Source: Eledone cirrhosa
Taxonomy: Eukaryota
Assembly: GCA_964016885.1 (NCBI GenBank)
Contig: OZ024745.1
Span: forward strand, 54,498,001-54,562,000
DNA length: 64,000 bases
Direction: 5' to 3'
Made by a program: the position numbers and the translations under genes. Shown here one piece after another: positions 13,527 to 28,271 of this stretch. The notes beneath the pieces are model-generated. The model was not told the origin of the DNA. It searched no databases and saw nothing but the letters and a program-made list of their open reading frames with translations. Each line of letters starts with the position of its first letter. The stretch's first letter is position 1.

Positions 13527-13922
13527 TTCGTTTCTGAATTTGTTTAGCAAGATTCTTTATCTGAAATCGTGTGTTGAAACCGATATTGTTATACTTTGGG
13601 AGGGTCATGTTGCCAATAAGAAACACACGCACCAGTTGCTTTCACTTCAATTTAATTTAATATATATTTATAAATTTACAAATTTATAAATTTCTATTGG
13701 TTGGTTGGTTCCACAACCAGATAGTTGTTTATATATATATAGTCATAGTTCTTTCGTCACACACTCTGTGACCTCTTCAGTGACTGGGGATTTCTTTCTT
13801 CGTTTCTGTGCCTTTCCTTTCTTCTATCCTACGCCATTTTGTTTGTGTGTGGGTTGCGTGCTCAGTTTGCGCATGCGCCACATCCGGGTGTCTGTGTGTG
13901 TTTGTGTTCATTTTTCTATTTT
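13527..13922. mobile_element. PLE-like non-coding element, family H3, between (TA)n/(TACA)n tracts
   Basis: Homologous to 34123-34437 and contains the HHR at 13741-13785. Confidence 0.75.
13741..13785 (-). ncRNA. Minimal type I hammerhead ribozyme (family H3)
   Basis: AGUCA-CUGAAGA-G-GUCACA-GAGUG-UGUGAC-GAAAGAACUA-UGACU; 5-bp stem I and 6-bp stem II. Confidence 0.85.
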
Positions 13923-13930
13923 ACATATAC

Positions 13931-13965
<35 letters not shown>

Positions 13966-13968
13966 CAT

Positions 13969-14002
<34 letters not shown>

Positions 14003-14006
14003 ATAC

Positions 14007-14057
<51 letters not shown>

Positions 14058-14077
14058 CATATATATATACATACATA

Positions 14078-14117
<40 letters not shown>

Positions 14118-14156
14118 CATATCCATATACATACATATATATATACATACACATAC

Positions 14157-14191
<35 letters not shown>

Positions 14192-14225
14192 CACATACAT
14201 AAATATATACATATACATACATATA

Positions 14226-14257
<32 letters not shown>

Positions 14258-14359
14258 CATGTTGCATGTATATATATAAATATGCATGTACATATGCAAC
14301 TAGTAAGACCATTATTCAAAGGAGTAGATGATACTTTGGATAGTAGTGTATGATAATAT

Positions 14360-14479
14360 TACAAAAAGCTGGGGCCCGACGGCTGAGCTTTTGCCGTTTT
14401 GAGAGTTAATTCCAGACTTTCTCTGTCGAGAATTAGCTGTCCAAACGGTAAGAGCTCAGCCGTTTCTCCCCAACATTTC

Positions 14480-14482
<3 letters not shown>
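14360..14482. repeat. Diverged inverted repeat of family H6
   Basis: cccgacggctgagc...gccgttt / aaacggtaagagctcagccgt resembles 62521-62652; followed by (TA)n. Confidence 0.65.
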
Positions 14483-14517
<35 letters not shown>

Positions 14518-17500
14518 TAAGTTCACATACACAGGTACAACCTTCGGCACAGAATGCTATGGCTGCGTAAGTGCTTCCGACTTACGCCAACATAACATTT
14601 TTCAAAGGAAGATAATTCATTCAAAATTAGCCAAAAGATTCGAAGGAGGTGTTTCAAAATCCGGCTTTAATAAGTTTAGTCAACATAGTATATATCCTGA
14701 CATAGAAAGTAATCAAGCAAACGATATAAAACGAAATACAGCCTACGTTAGTAGCGAGTGGAGTCGGCATAAGTGATAGAAATGTTATACGCTGATTCTT
14801 TGATCGAGAATTAATAATAAGAATACCACAAAACAACCTTACCTGAATCTTGTTCAGAGAAGAAATTGACTTTTACAGTTGGGTAAGAGGACATGAAGTA
14901 TGGACAACAGAAACTGGTAAAATCTAATGGAGTGAGGAAACGAATATATCAATTTTCAGTTGCACGCGCGCACACACACACACACACATGCAGACATTTT
15001 TCTGTTAGTGGATATGTAGCTTTTGTCACATTTAACAGTGCAGGTCATGGCATATTGAGGTCTTCTGTAGATTTCATGTGACTATGGATCTGCAGTTAAA
15101 AACTTCTTTTCCAAGGCACAAATCTTGGTCATGTTTACATATGTAAGTAAAACAGTGGACCTTGCATACAAATCTACCCTTTCAACGCTACGTTGTTCAA
15201 GAGGGAGGTAACGGTCTTTACAGCTTGACTTCAAAAGCATTGTAATCACCAAGTAAAGAAGAGCAGTCCATACTATAAGACCGCCAGTTCGACGCTCTAG
15301 TAGTTTCGATAACCCTCCGCTCTTTTCTAGGAATTTGTTTATATATATATCAAGCTGGCGAGGATATGAACTTAGTGCATAGACAGCCGTAACTTACAAC
15401 GTAATACACTTTTTGTAAGGTTCTAACGATTTTTGTCAAATTTACCGCCTTACTAGGTTCAATCAAATCGTCCATAATCTCCCTCAATAAATTTGCTATT
15501 GTGTCTGTAAGAAAAATTCATTGTCATTATAGTTTGTTGACATATAACGGAACTCTTTTGTGTATATTTGTTAAAACATTACATCTTTTATGTATAATTC
15601 GCCGAGAGCGTCAGAACTGTCAATTTATTTCACTGTGTTAATTTCTTTTGCATTGGTAGGCACTGCAGCTATTTACTATATGAAATAAAGCAACAATACT
15701 ATAAATTCTAGAGAACAATACATACGCGATAAATTTGTTATAAGGTGTTATTATTTTTACTGCTGTGTAGCCCCAGGTTATTTTTGATTGAAAAGACTTG
15801 TTGCACGCTGGTAATCGACCGAAAGATGAGGTGACTTTATTGTTTAACCCTCGTCCTAACATTTTAGAAAATTAATCTTTCCACTGTATTCATCCATTCT
15901 AAAAACGGTAATATATAGTTTTTCAGTAACTATACTTCTAAATCCTAGAGGTCAAGTGGTCGTGCAGAGACATAATCGTTGTTTTGAAAAATTTGAGAAT
16001 GATAATACCACTGTGTTTCGTTAAAGTTTTTACAAGACCTATTTCTATTTAATTTCATTAATCTTAAAACCTTGAAGTGTCATTATAGGAGTAGATGTTG
16101 AAATGTTTACCCACCCCGAAATAGAATCAGTACCATAAATAGACGGGACATTCTTAAAAATAAAATAAAAAAAGAATAAAATAAAATAAAAAAAAAAGAT
16201 CCACAGGAGATATCAGATCTCCCCACGGCAAAATTTGAAACGAAAAAAAGAATCTCTTTATAAGAATATTGAAATAAATAGAGCAAGGATTTATGTAGAT
16301 TATGTCGAGTATCAGTGTTATATTTATTTTATTTATATAAATATATAAAATAGTATTTTATCCAATTTAAATGCTATCTCCACTTTAAATGAAATTATAT
16401 TTATTGAATTTTAAAACAGGAAAAACTTAAAACTAATGAAAAACCTGTGTATTAAGTTTCAATATAATTTCATTTCGTTATGTTTTCTTTATATATTATG
16501 AATATGAATCTTTTGTCAGACCAGAAATTTCAAAACTAACAACAAATAAAGAATCAGTTCCTCGAAATAAATACTTACACTCGGTTATATTAGATTAAAT
16601 TAGATTCTGGGATTTAAATAAGTATCCTGTTATATATTGAACTGAAACATAAGGGAAACAAATACTGATCCCTCCCACGTCTATTCACAAGAAAGAAATA
16701 TAACATATTAAAAGAAATATGAAAAAAAAAGAAAAAAAAAAGAAAATGACAGCTAAGAACATGAGAAAGAGATAATATGAAGTTATAAATTGATAGCCGA
16801 TTAAGAAGTATTGACACAGAAGCGTTTTGGGAAAAATATAGTAATGATAAATGGAGAGATCATGAGTTATAAATTAATGCAGCACAATTCCCAGATGGGC
16901 AACAGATATTATTTCCATCAAGGGAAAAGTTGGTTGTACAGGTGATATGTGCGGCTCGAATGGTTGTTATAGTTGTGGTTGTTATAGTTGTGGTTGTATG
17001 ACAGTAATGGAGATGCCAGTTGTAGATATCTAGCGGGAGATATACACAAATCAAAAATACAGACATTGGAAGACAAACAATTCGAAACTCGTATATACAC
17101 AGATATATGGTGTGTATAATTATATAGTATTTATATGCATATTTAGATATGGATACACATAAGCATACATATTTACACACGGTATAAATTTACCAATTAT
17201 TGGACAGAGACACATACAAACAGACTCATATATAAACAAATATATATATACATGTTCACAAACATAATTTTGTTTGTATAGTGTCTATGTATACGCACAC
17301 ACACACGCGCACATATATATATATATATGGATGTGTGTATGAACGGTGGTGTATATGTAACTGTGCCCGTGTATGAATGTATACTGTATAGGCCTATGTA
17401 TTTTGAGAAATTTGGTAAATCCAAAAATGATTATAGTTTAGCATTAGAGGGCTAAATATCATGGAATTATTAACTAGACGATCGTCTCCTATCAGGAATA

Positions 17501-18022
17501 GAAATATCAAACAGTGCATGAAAGCCTTAAGTCATCTCTCGATTTTACACCATAATTTAACTATGGTGTGATTTTATCGTTGTTATTCTGTTGCTTCGAC
17601 GAGAGAAAGCATCGTTTTGATAATCTGCTTCTAGCAGCAGAAATTGGTCAGACGCGGTGATTATTTAAGTTTTTCTGTATGCGGCTCTTCCTCCTCTCAT
17701 TTCATAATACAAATATCTAAGAAATTGGGGAGTAATAGGCATCAAATTCATATTTTACTAGAAACCGGAAAATGGGCAAAAATTCCGCACCGAATTGTAG
17801 TCAAAATTGACAAGTCTTTTAGGAATACCATCGCTTACTGCAAGAGCCCATACAACGGTGTACCACTGAATTCTAGCCTGACACACTAGGAAATTGTGAA
17901 ATTAGTGACATGTACCTATATAGTTATATGTTGCCTTTAAAACTCGCTTTTAAAACATAACATACCATGCATATAAATACATGATATCAATACATGTATA
18001 TTATATATACAAAGAATGCATA

Positions 18023-18066
<44 letters not shown>

Positions 18067-18072
<6 letters not shown>

Positions 18073-18296
18073 CAAAATATTAATAAATGAAGATATTCAC
18101 ATAATCAAAATATGTTTATGATATATATTTCGAAGGTACTGTGCTGTTTTTTCAGTATGTCCTCGTCAGATAAAATTCATGTATTTTATCTGACGAGGAC
18201 GTACTGAAAAAACACCATAGTACCTTCGAAATATATATAATAAAAGATATATTTTGATTATGTGAATGTCTTCCTTTATTAATATTTTGAATAATA
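18067..18296. mobile_element. PLE-like inverted repeat with an HHR on each arm (family H4)
   Basis: ~110-bp arms centred near 18180. The plus arm (18190-18237) reads CUGACGA-GGACGUACUG...UAGUACCUUC-GAAAUAUAUA; the minus arm also keeps CUGACGA and GAAA. Lies between (TA)n tracts. Confidence 0.8.
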
Positions 18297-18388
18297 TTAA
18301 TAACTCCAGAAAACTTCTTTGTAGAGTGCGTTTAATATATTGTAAAACTATATTCATTGAGTAATCAATGAACGATATTAATCTTTGG

Positions 18389-18426
<38 letters not shown>

Positions 18427-19043
18427 ACCTACAATATTTACTCATCAAATATGTTGAAGCTCGAACGAAAACGCAAAAACACGTACAATATACATACAAA
18501 ATTGCATGCATCCATATATCATATGTGTTCGTAGTACTCAATCATTAGGCGAATGACACTGTGTGTTTTGAAGTTTCCTTATGTATACCCCAAGGAGTCA
18601 TAAGTTAGACCCAATTAAATTAAATTTATGCTGGTAATTTGTAGGCATTCTTTTGAGGTGACAAGTCATATGACTTTGAAAAGCCACATGACATGAATAC
18701 ATATTCCATTGTCTTTATACTTGTTCACAGAAGGACTCAACTATGATTTACATAGATAAATGATGAATGTCTGACAGCAGGTTCGTCTGTATATGTGAAC
18801 TGTTATATATATATATATATTGACAACTCTGATAATATATTTGTTTGTCGTAGACATACTAACGTTTCCATGCAAATACTGTTTTACATTTTTCTTCCCA
18901 TCCTCCATTGCATATCAAATTTCCGCCTCCACTCTATCATTTCAATTCTTATACTTTCATCAAATTGGCGTCACATGAATTATCATGTGTGAAAAATATT
19001 ATATATATATATACACACACATACTGTTTATCTTTTACACACA

Positions 19044-19107
<64 letters not shown>

Positions 19108-19207
19108 CAGGGTGTCCCAAAAATGTATTCACACTTTGATTACCTGTACAGGCAATATTTATTAAAATTCTGTTGAAGTGTGAGTATACAGCTTTTGGGA
19201 CACACTG
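19108..19207. mobile_element. Tc1/mariner-type MITE
   Basis: TA-CAGGGTGTCCCAAAA...TTTTGGGACACACTG termini, ~100 bp, inserted in a TA-rich tract. Confidence 0.75.
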
Positions 19208-20904
19208 TGTATATATACATACACATACACACAGACACGCGCGCACACACACACACACACATAAATATATATATACGTACACATGCACATACGACCACTT
19301 ACACACATAAACATATATTATGTATTAATACACATACACATATGCTGAGAAGACACAAAAGCATGGGCTCCTATTGATATATCTATTCAATATTTATACA
19401 GACAAATCTTAATTTGCAGAAATATTATATTATTGATTAAGGATTATCGGTACATGCTAACTGAATAAATATTTGATGTGTAAATATTGTAGGTATACAT
19501 TTGAACACAAATACAGATATAGAAACAGTGCAGAAATGTAAAAGTGTTAACGTGCTATAGTCCTGTTACACTAATCATAATTTAGAAGAAACAAAATATG
19601 ATGGATGGAATTTCGAATACAAAATGTTACATACAATATGCAAAGAAAAAACTATAAATTGTAACATTATGTTAAAGAATACAAAATACTAAACGAAAAA
19701 ACAAACAAACAATTCAAAAACAATATACAGAATACAAATTACAAATTTCCAACATCATAAATTATATAATTATAAAATTATAACGTTATTCAATTATCAA
19801 ATTATAGAATTATAAATTTAGATATTGATAGAATAGTGATGATACAGAACTACAATATAATAGTGCTGGTGTAGAAATAGGTTTGTTATGGACACACATT
19901 TCTGCAAGGGGTGGGTGAATAATCATGTGTTGACCGGGAACTAATTTGTGGGAAAATAGGGCAAAATGGAATGTTATGTGTTATGGTGTGGTTTTTGCTA
20001 GATAGTGTTCCATCATTTTGAAATTCTTCCAATCGTATTTGGATCTGTACACATAGAAAATGATTAATTAAAATTTTTATATTTGGATTGATATGGTTTA
20101 GAGAAATATGGACGTGTTTTTTCTGATACCCAGTATTTTGTTCGCAAAATTTACACTTTCTATAAACTTTATTCTCACAGCACTTTTTTAAGTTCGAAAG
20201 TTCAAGCTTCGTACACAACGTTTATTAAAATTGATGTTATATACGGTGCTATGTGGATTTTTAGAAACCATATGTCTTCGGATTTGCTGGTGTGTTTTCG
20301 GCTAAATATGTTTCTGAAATTGAGGATGTTATTGTTAATATTTAGTCAGCGTGACAACGGCAGTACTCGTATCCGTCTACCCAGCTCCGTAGACTAGATG
20401 AAGGGATGAGATATACTCAATTTTACAACTAGGCCCAAATGCTTGCAACAGAGTGATCTTCATAAGTGGGTTTGCTAGCGGCTGCAAAAGGAATCGGACC
20501 TTGAATCTCCCAGATACCGGTTTAATGCTCTAGCCATTAAGCTAAGGTACTTCAAACAACATCTTATCGTCTAAATTAAGGAGTTAAATGAAGCAGCTTT
20601 TTTAGAATGTAAACAAACATCGTGTGCAAACCTCGAATTTACGAAGCACTGAGAGAACAACCGCAAGTACAATCAGTTTTATAAATAGCTTATAAAATAG
20701 GGTAAAACCATTGAACTAAGCGAACTTTGCTAACATTTACCGTCTAAATTAAGGAGTTGAAACAACCAAAGTAATCAGGAGTATTTCCCAGAAATTATCT
20801 ATTTGGCTATCACATATAATCGTAGATAGCAGAGTTATTTCAGATATTCATGATGAATACAAAAGAAAAATAAGTTTAGAATACCCAGTGCTAGATGCCT
20901 AGTG

Positions 20905-21089
20905 GTACCCGCGCGAGCGGAAAGGGCTGCTCGCAAGCCCTCCACTAGGGTGGAGTTACGATTTTAGGAATATGATTGGGACTACATGGATGAGGAAAGC
21001 ACGATCCAGAGAGGAATGGACGGCGTGCTGTGACCAGCGGCGCCGAATGGACGCCCGACAGACTGGTCGGTCAAGGTGATCAAGGTGAT
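20905..21089 (+). mobile_element. RTE-clade LINE 3' fragment
   Basis: Translates roughly as YPRERK.AARKPSTR.SYDFRNMIGTTWMRKARSREEW and ends in a (CAAGGTGAT)2 tail. Confidence 0.65.
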
Positions 21090-21302
21090 ATATATATATA
21101 TATGAATTGTGTGCGTGCATGTATTATTATGTTTACTTGCATTAGGCCGTACATATTTCATGAAATATTTATTTGCTACTGAAGCTCTATAAGCTTAACC
21201 ATACGTCACACAAACCCTTAATAATAATAATACTACACACACATAAATATATGCATACATACACATAAATATATACATACACACACAGAAACACACAAAC
21301 AG

Positions 21303-21337
<35 letters not shown>

Positions 21338-21338
<1 letters not shown>

Positions 21339-21782
21339 TCTTCATTGCTGTAGTGGAGTCTGTGCTGCTGTATGGGTCTGAGACTTGGACACTGACCAAG
21401 AGACTCACTCAGATGGTGGATGGGTGCTACACGAGAATGCTGAGGATGGCTCTGAACATTAATCAGTATACACTGAGGATGAAAAACTCAGAGCTGTATG
21501 GGAGCCTCCCAAAAGTCAGCTCAAAAGTGACACAGAGGAGACTGAGGTTGGCTGGACATGCTCACCGACATCCAGAGTTGACATTGCACTCCGTGCTCCT
21601 TTGGGAGCCCCTACATGGACACACTGGAAGAGGAAGACCAAGGTTAACATATGTTGATGCCCTAAGGACAGACACTGGTCTGTTGGAGACGCAGGACATG
21701 GCAGCGATAATGAGGGACAGAGACCGCTGGAGAGAACTCGTCCATGGATCTCGGGAATTTTACCCGCCTTAGATAGATAGAT
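21338..21782 (+). mobile_element. 5'-truncated RTE/RTE-X LINE, C-terminal ORF open
   Basis: ESVLLYGSETWTLTK...CYTRMLRMAL...RRLRLAGH...LLWEP...GRGRP...DRDRWR; the stop codon runs into a (TAGA)n tail. Confidence 0.85.
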
Positions 21783-21884
21783 ATATATATATATATGAAC
21801 GATATAGACATATATTAATATTGTCTAGGGTCCTGAAATCTTTGGTGATAGAGTAGTTATACATTGTGTTGTTCACTTTCTAAT

Positions 21885-21927
<43 letters not shown>

Positions 21928-21992
21928 AAAATTATTTTCGCTCTAGCATTGTGGATTCGTTAATGCATTCGTGAGTTTTATATCGAACGATA

Positions 21993-22153
21993 ATTGTTTC
22001 TACATTTGGCACAAGGCCAGCAAATTACCCAGTGCATTACTGGTACTTTATTTATCGACCCCGTAAGGATGAAAGGCAAAGTTAACCTCCGCGGGATTTG
22101 AACTCTATGCGTCAAAGCATGGCGTCCGACCCTCTACCGATACTGCCAATCCA
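21993..22153 (-). mobile_element. tRNA-derived SINE (family S), internally deleted
   Basis: Same sequence as the other S copies. Confidence 0.85.
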
Positions 22154-22676
22154 TCGATATTCGATTCGTTTGCAGATAAACAAGTTTTAGACGACTATCG
22201 TCATACTTTTGTTCTACTGTTGGCAGAAAGAAACAATCAATAATTGTTTCAGTGTTATTGTCCTTTGTGAAGATTGTGTATCTCTCCTTTCCTCTTTTCT
22301 GCCTCATACGTGACAATCTCCATGGCCACGTTCTTACAGACACATTGCTTACCAAACCTCAATCACCCGGGGGCGTAGTTGAAAGAGAGGACAGTGATTC
22401 CCATCACAACACTATAGACTCTCTCATACCAGCACAATGCCCAGTATTGATAGAGGTCATCTGAATCGGGCAAGCCGACGCATCAGACACCGTATTGAAT
22501 CAGTAATTGAAGCTAACGTAGAATTCATTGAATTGAAATTATAATATCTATATATCATATCTAAACAGCATTTCTTTAATGTGTAATGCGCCGTTTTCAA
22601 ATTTAATGTAAATGACCACAAAAAGTGTCACATCCTGTATATATTATATTATATGGTTCCTTACCACATTTCCTTC

Positions 22677-22740
<64 letters not shown>

Positions 22741-22786
22741 CACACGCCCACTCACATATATGTATATATATATATATATATGTATA

Positions 22787-23015
22787 TAGTATAAAAGAGC
22801 AAACACAGGTAAGCATTAAGAGAAGTAAATACCTGGATTAAATCCTTCTCTTAATGCATACCTGTGTTTTCTCTTTTATACTTTATACTCCAAGATTGAA
22901 CGGAATTCTTACAAACTTGTGGAGTTACCCCTAACCGTACGTTGAAACCATCCATGAAACTGGCTTTCTTAACCAAAAACTGGATCACAATAAGCAATTT
23001 TTTGCTTCTCTAACT
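22787..23015. repeat. PLE-like short element with inverted terminal duplication
   Basis: gtataaaagagcaaacacaggtaagcattaagagaag is inverted to cttctcttaatgcatacctgtgttttctcttttatac, next to (TA)n. No HHR core seen. Confidence 0.55.
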
Positions 23016-23378
23016 ATATACACATACTACACATGTGTGTGTATGTATGCGTATGTATGTGCAGTAGTACTAAGAAAACGTTTAAGTATAATACGAGTGT
23101 ATATAAAAATATATATAAACATATATTATATTTTATATACAATAAACCTATAGGTAGTTTACCTATCAAAGAAAAATCCTTTTTCTTTTTGTATTCAAAA
23201 CATAATTATTCTCTATTTTTCTTTCTGAATATATCACCTATTTGTCAGTACCATCGTTAATACCAGTCAACACTGTTTCAAGATTTGTTATTCTTCTATC
23301 AAGAGAATTTTGCGTGGTGAACATTTGCTGCTAGCGATGCTAATTTGTATATCACAAACAGAACACACACACGCACGC

Positions 23379-23485
<107 letters not shown>

Positions 23486-23605
23486 CAAACACAGACACAG
23501 ACACACAGACACAGACACAAACACGCACACACACGAACACACACACAAACACACACACACATAGACACACATACACACACAAATATGTATATATATATAT
23601 ATACG

Positions 23606-23792
23606 TATAAACGTTTGTATATGTATAATAAAGCCAAAACAATGTAGGTATGGACATAGAATAAAGAATGCAAATACAAAAGATATTGTTGAAAATTAGT
23701 CTTTTATCTTAGATTTATTTAAATGTCCTTAATTTTCGAGATAATATCTCTTCTTCGGAGGGAAGTAAAGCGGTTAAACCAGTGTTCTAAAT
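23606..23792. mobile_element. Family H5 element with HHR-like motif on the minus strand (23727-23762)
   Basis: Homologous to 33410-33791; CCU-CCGAAGA-A-GAGAUA-U-UAUCUC-GAAAAUUA-AGG. Confidence 0.7.
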
Positions 23793-23858
23793 ATATATAT
23801 ACATAACTTCTACAATTCTAGAACTATCACATTTAATTCGTATGAAATCACAAGAAAA

Positions 23859-24036
<178 letters not shown>

Positions 24037-24121
24037 CTAAATAGTGCTTTTGCAGCATTACTTTAAGCTGTTAATGTATATGTACACATACGAAACTATA
24101 TGATATTTTTATTCATTATAT

Positions 24122-24307
24122 CGGTGGATTGGCAGTATCAGTAGAGAGTCGGACGCCATGCTTTCCAGCATAGTTACGTCCCTTTACGATCTGAGTTCAA
24201 ATCCCGCCGAGGTTCACTTTGCCTTTCATCCTTACGGGGTCGGTAAAATAAAGTACCAGTAATGCACTGGATAATTGCTGGCCTTGTGCCTAAAGTAGAA
24301 ACAATTA
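24122..24307 (+). mobile_element. tRNA-derived SINE (family S)
   Basis: A box TGGCAGTATCAG, B box GAGTTCAAATCC, conserved core, 3' end GTAGAAACAATTAT. Confidence 0.9.
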
Positions 24308-24358
24308 TATAAGTATATATATATGATGTTTCATATCCCCATAAGTTAAACACTATTC

Positions 24359-24405
<47 letters not shown>

Positions 24406-24587
24406 ACGAATTCTAAACACATGCAGGAACGCAATCACACACCCACAGAAACATACACATATGTAAAGAATGGATGAATATATGTTATGCATACGTGAAT
24501 TCATATAAATATGGAGATTTATATACAACTAATGAAGGAAAGTTTTCGAACAGAATTACGTGATAAGAATGTGTCTCAGCTTACCAA

Positions 24588-24714
<127 letters not shown>

Positions 24715-24767
24715 CATATATATATACATATATATATACATATATATATATCTATATATCTATATAT

Positions 24768-24819
24768 ATGTGTGTGTGTGTGTGTGTAAGAAGGTGACTG
24801 TCCATATGTGTGTATGTGA

Positions 24820-24889
<70 letters not shown>

Positions 24890-24935
24890 GCTCACATATA
24901 CACATATGGACAGTCACCTTCTTACACACACACAC
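24768..24935. repeat. Fold-back inverted duplication around a (TA)n spacer
   Basis: gtaagaaggtgactgtccatatgtgt.tatgtgagca - (TA)n - tgctcacata.acacatatggacagtcaccttcttac. Confidence 0.85.
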
Positions 24936-25648
24936 ACCCACACACACACACACATATATATGTAAATACACACACAAATATATATATATATATATGTGTG
25001 TAGCTATCTATCTTTCTATCCCTTTGACTATTTATCTAACTATCTAACTGTCTATTTATTTATTCAATATATCTATCTAACTATCTATTTATTTATTCAT
25101 CTATCTATCTATTTATTATCCATCTGTCTGTCTCTCTCTCCCTCTCTCCCTCTCTCTCTGTATCTATCTATCTACCTCGGCACTAAAACATAATTTATTC
25201 TAAATATTATGATGACTGGGATAATCTATATTTTCTAAATTACCTTTTTTTACATTCTTTTAATTTCATTTTCATCTTATTTTATAACATTTTCAATATG
25301 TTTTATATATTTGCAGAAAAGAATTATGATAATAAAAGAAAGCCAATAAAAATAAGTACGCCAAAAATAATGTTTCCACTCTCCCTTGAAAACCCAACGC
25401 TCATACAACCACCACATTGAAAATGGCAATGATTTTAATGTCCCAGTCACCTTTAACAGTTATTATTCATTATAGTTATTACTCATTATTTTTTTTTGTC
25501 AACATTACTATGGAAATTCAGCTCAATATGGCCTCGATATCATCTACATTGACCTCTCTCTCTCTCTCCTTTTACCACACGCTCTATCTCTTTCTTCTGT
25601 TTTTTGAATATATATATATATATATATGTGTATATATATATTTTTTGA

Positions 25649-25751
<103 letters not shown>

Positions 25752-25958
25752 CCACAAGTACACAACACACACATATATAGATTTATATATCATACTAATC
25801 TATTTTACTGTATAGAGGACCTATATTTAATTGTATTCAAAGTTATACATACATATATATATATATGTATGTGTGTTCATGTGTGTATGTGTGTATGTAA
25901 GTATGTGTAGTGTAATGTATGTATCTCCCCTCCCCCTCTCTCTCTCTCTCTCTCTCCC

Positions 25959-26057
<99 letters not shown>

Positions 26058-26924
26058 TGCACTATGCCCATTCACATGTACACGTATACGAACACCACAA
26101 TCACACCCACAAACGCATACACACAAAACATGTGTGTTTATGTGGATATATGTGTGCCCATCTGTATTTTTGTACGTGCATGTGTACATAAAACTGGTGG
26201 TGAATTGTTGGAGATGAAATAGTATAGAAAAACCAGATATGAGAAACTATACACCTTTCCTCTCAAATAAGCAAGCAGTCTCACTCAAATTATATGAATG
26301 CCCCCCCCCCCCACCTACTTCCTTTATAGACGAGGGTCTCCTACATTAGTCTCGAATTTAATAACCTCACTAAATGTATTTAAACATCAAAAATATATCT
26401 ATGATCTTTTGAAACTAGAAACATAGAAAAAATTTATTACGAAAATAAATGTACTTGATTCATATGAAATAACCATACATGTACATAATTTTAGCATCTG
26501 AACCTGAATATTATGTCTTGATGGGGTTTATTCTAGAATTTTTTATTTTTAAACCAAGGCACTTATAAATTTATAAGATAGACATTGAATCACACACAGA
26601 TTCATACACAGACATAGATATATGTACACGTATATTTCTGTTTAATATCCACAAGGGCTATACACACACATACACTCACTCACACACACACATACACCTA
26701 CACACACACACACACACACACACATTCACACACATACACACACACACACCACACACTTATCATATATATATATGTATGCATATGTACATGTCTCTATTAT
26801 GCATACGGAAGCATGTATATATATATATGCACACACATATATATATATATATACATATATATACTGTATATATATATGCATATGTACATGTCTCTATTAT
26901 GCATACGGAAGCATGTATATATAT

Positions 26925-26984
<60 letters not shown>

Positions 26985-27846
26985 TAGTGTTTGTGAGCGT
27001 GTTTGTATATATATCCCAGAGTGTGTATGAATTTATGTAAAATTTCATTTTTATTTCCACAAATATAAATATAAATTAATTATATGATAAAATATGCAAA
27101 TATACGTAACCATTAGTGTACCGTTCGATCACATATATTCTATATTGACAAACATATATATATATATATATTGACATACACACACACATTTATATTTACA
27201 TATATATCGTACGAACATTTATGTAGTTTGTATTAGAATTTATGTATCGTAGCGGTACTCTTATATATCGTATTAGTATTCATTTTCGGGATTCTGAATT
27301 ATTATTCCGTATTAGTTTCGGGATTCTGAATTATTATTTCGTAGTAGTTTCTTTAGTATTTTGGCCCCCTACTTGTTGACCTGTCACTGTAAGATAGATT
27401 TGGACGATTACTACTAACTCATAAAATTCTTTCACTACAATCTCGTATTTAGTATTCCGTCCCACCTATTAAACTTTTCTATAGTTTAGCAGTACCAGTG
27501 AGAGACTTGATGATTGTGGTAGGGTAACCAGAATTGTTTTTTTTAAAATATTTTTAACATTCTTATTATTCTTCTATATATTTACTCCATATTGATTTAC
27601 TTATCGTATCAACTTGCTCCCCCTCCCCTTCCCGAGTATACTTCTCTTGACCTCTTATCCTTAGGATTCTGCTGTAGTTGACACTATCAACGCACGACTG
27701 GGTTTCCTCCACCCCCTCTCCCTCTTTCTTCTACTGGCAAGTTCAGCTACCCATTCCTTCCACAAAATGCCATGGTAGTATTATGTGTCTCAACAACAAA
27801 CTTTTGACCAATCCTAGTGACAATCACTTTTACCATATATGGAACT

Positions 27847-27941
27847 ACCCCCTGAAAAGCTCGGCTATTCATGTACCAGGTAAAAATTTTCATTTAGTCC
27901 AGAATTAGCCGTCGAAACGGCTTGAGCTCAGCCGTCGGGGT
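27847..27941 (+). ncRNA. Type I hammerhead-like motif with long stems II and III (family H6; G8 is A in this copy)
   Basis: ACCCC-CUGAAAA-GCUCGGCUAUUC...GAAUUAGCCGUC-GAA-ACGGCU-UGAGCUC-AGCCGU-C-GGGGU. The element continues to 28036 and matches 62592-62730 and 22652-22680. Confidence 0.7.
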
Positions 27942-28184
27942 CCTACTCGTTCCTATTACCCACTCTACTACCCTAAGTATTGAGTACTTTGGTGCGTTAT
28001 GGTCCATCTGGTTCCTGACCACATTTCCTTCGTTATTTACATATATATATATATAGAGAGAGAATAGAATGAAACGAAATTTCATTTCTCACTCTTAGTT
28101 CGGCACTTACTTAAATGTAAGTATGTAAGTATACGTACATACATATATGTATACAGACGTACAGGAAAGTATATACTTTTAGAC

Positions 28185-28271
28185 GTTCAACCATCTGGCA
28201 GGAAGGTATACGATGCTGACGATAGCTAATAAGCTTGAAACTAGTACATCGTTCCTGTGTCAGTGTTGAAC
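28185..28271 (+). ncRNA. Intact type I hammerhead ribozyme with extended stem I (family H7)
   Basis: ACGAUG-CUGACGA-U-AGCU-AAUA-AGCU-U-GAAA-CUAG-UA-CAUCGU. Stem I extends through CAGGA/UCCUG, CUGGC/GUCAG and GUUCAAC/GUUGAAC. Confidence 0.9.

Noticed and set aside
17644-17889. Possible Tc1-like HTH remnant or host exon
   Set aside because: Resemblance too weak to call without a profile search.
19740-20340. Possible decayed PLE endonuclease region
   Set aside because: Only compositional hints; no diagnostic motif could be read.
26770-26925. ~100-bp tandem duplication (a similar one lies at 37205-37290)
   Set aside because: Simple slippage duplication between microsatellites; not CRISPR-like and no spacers.
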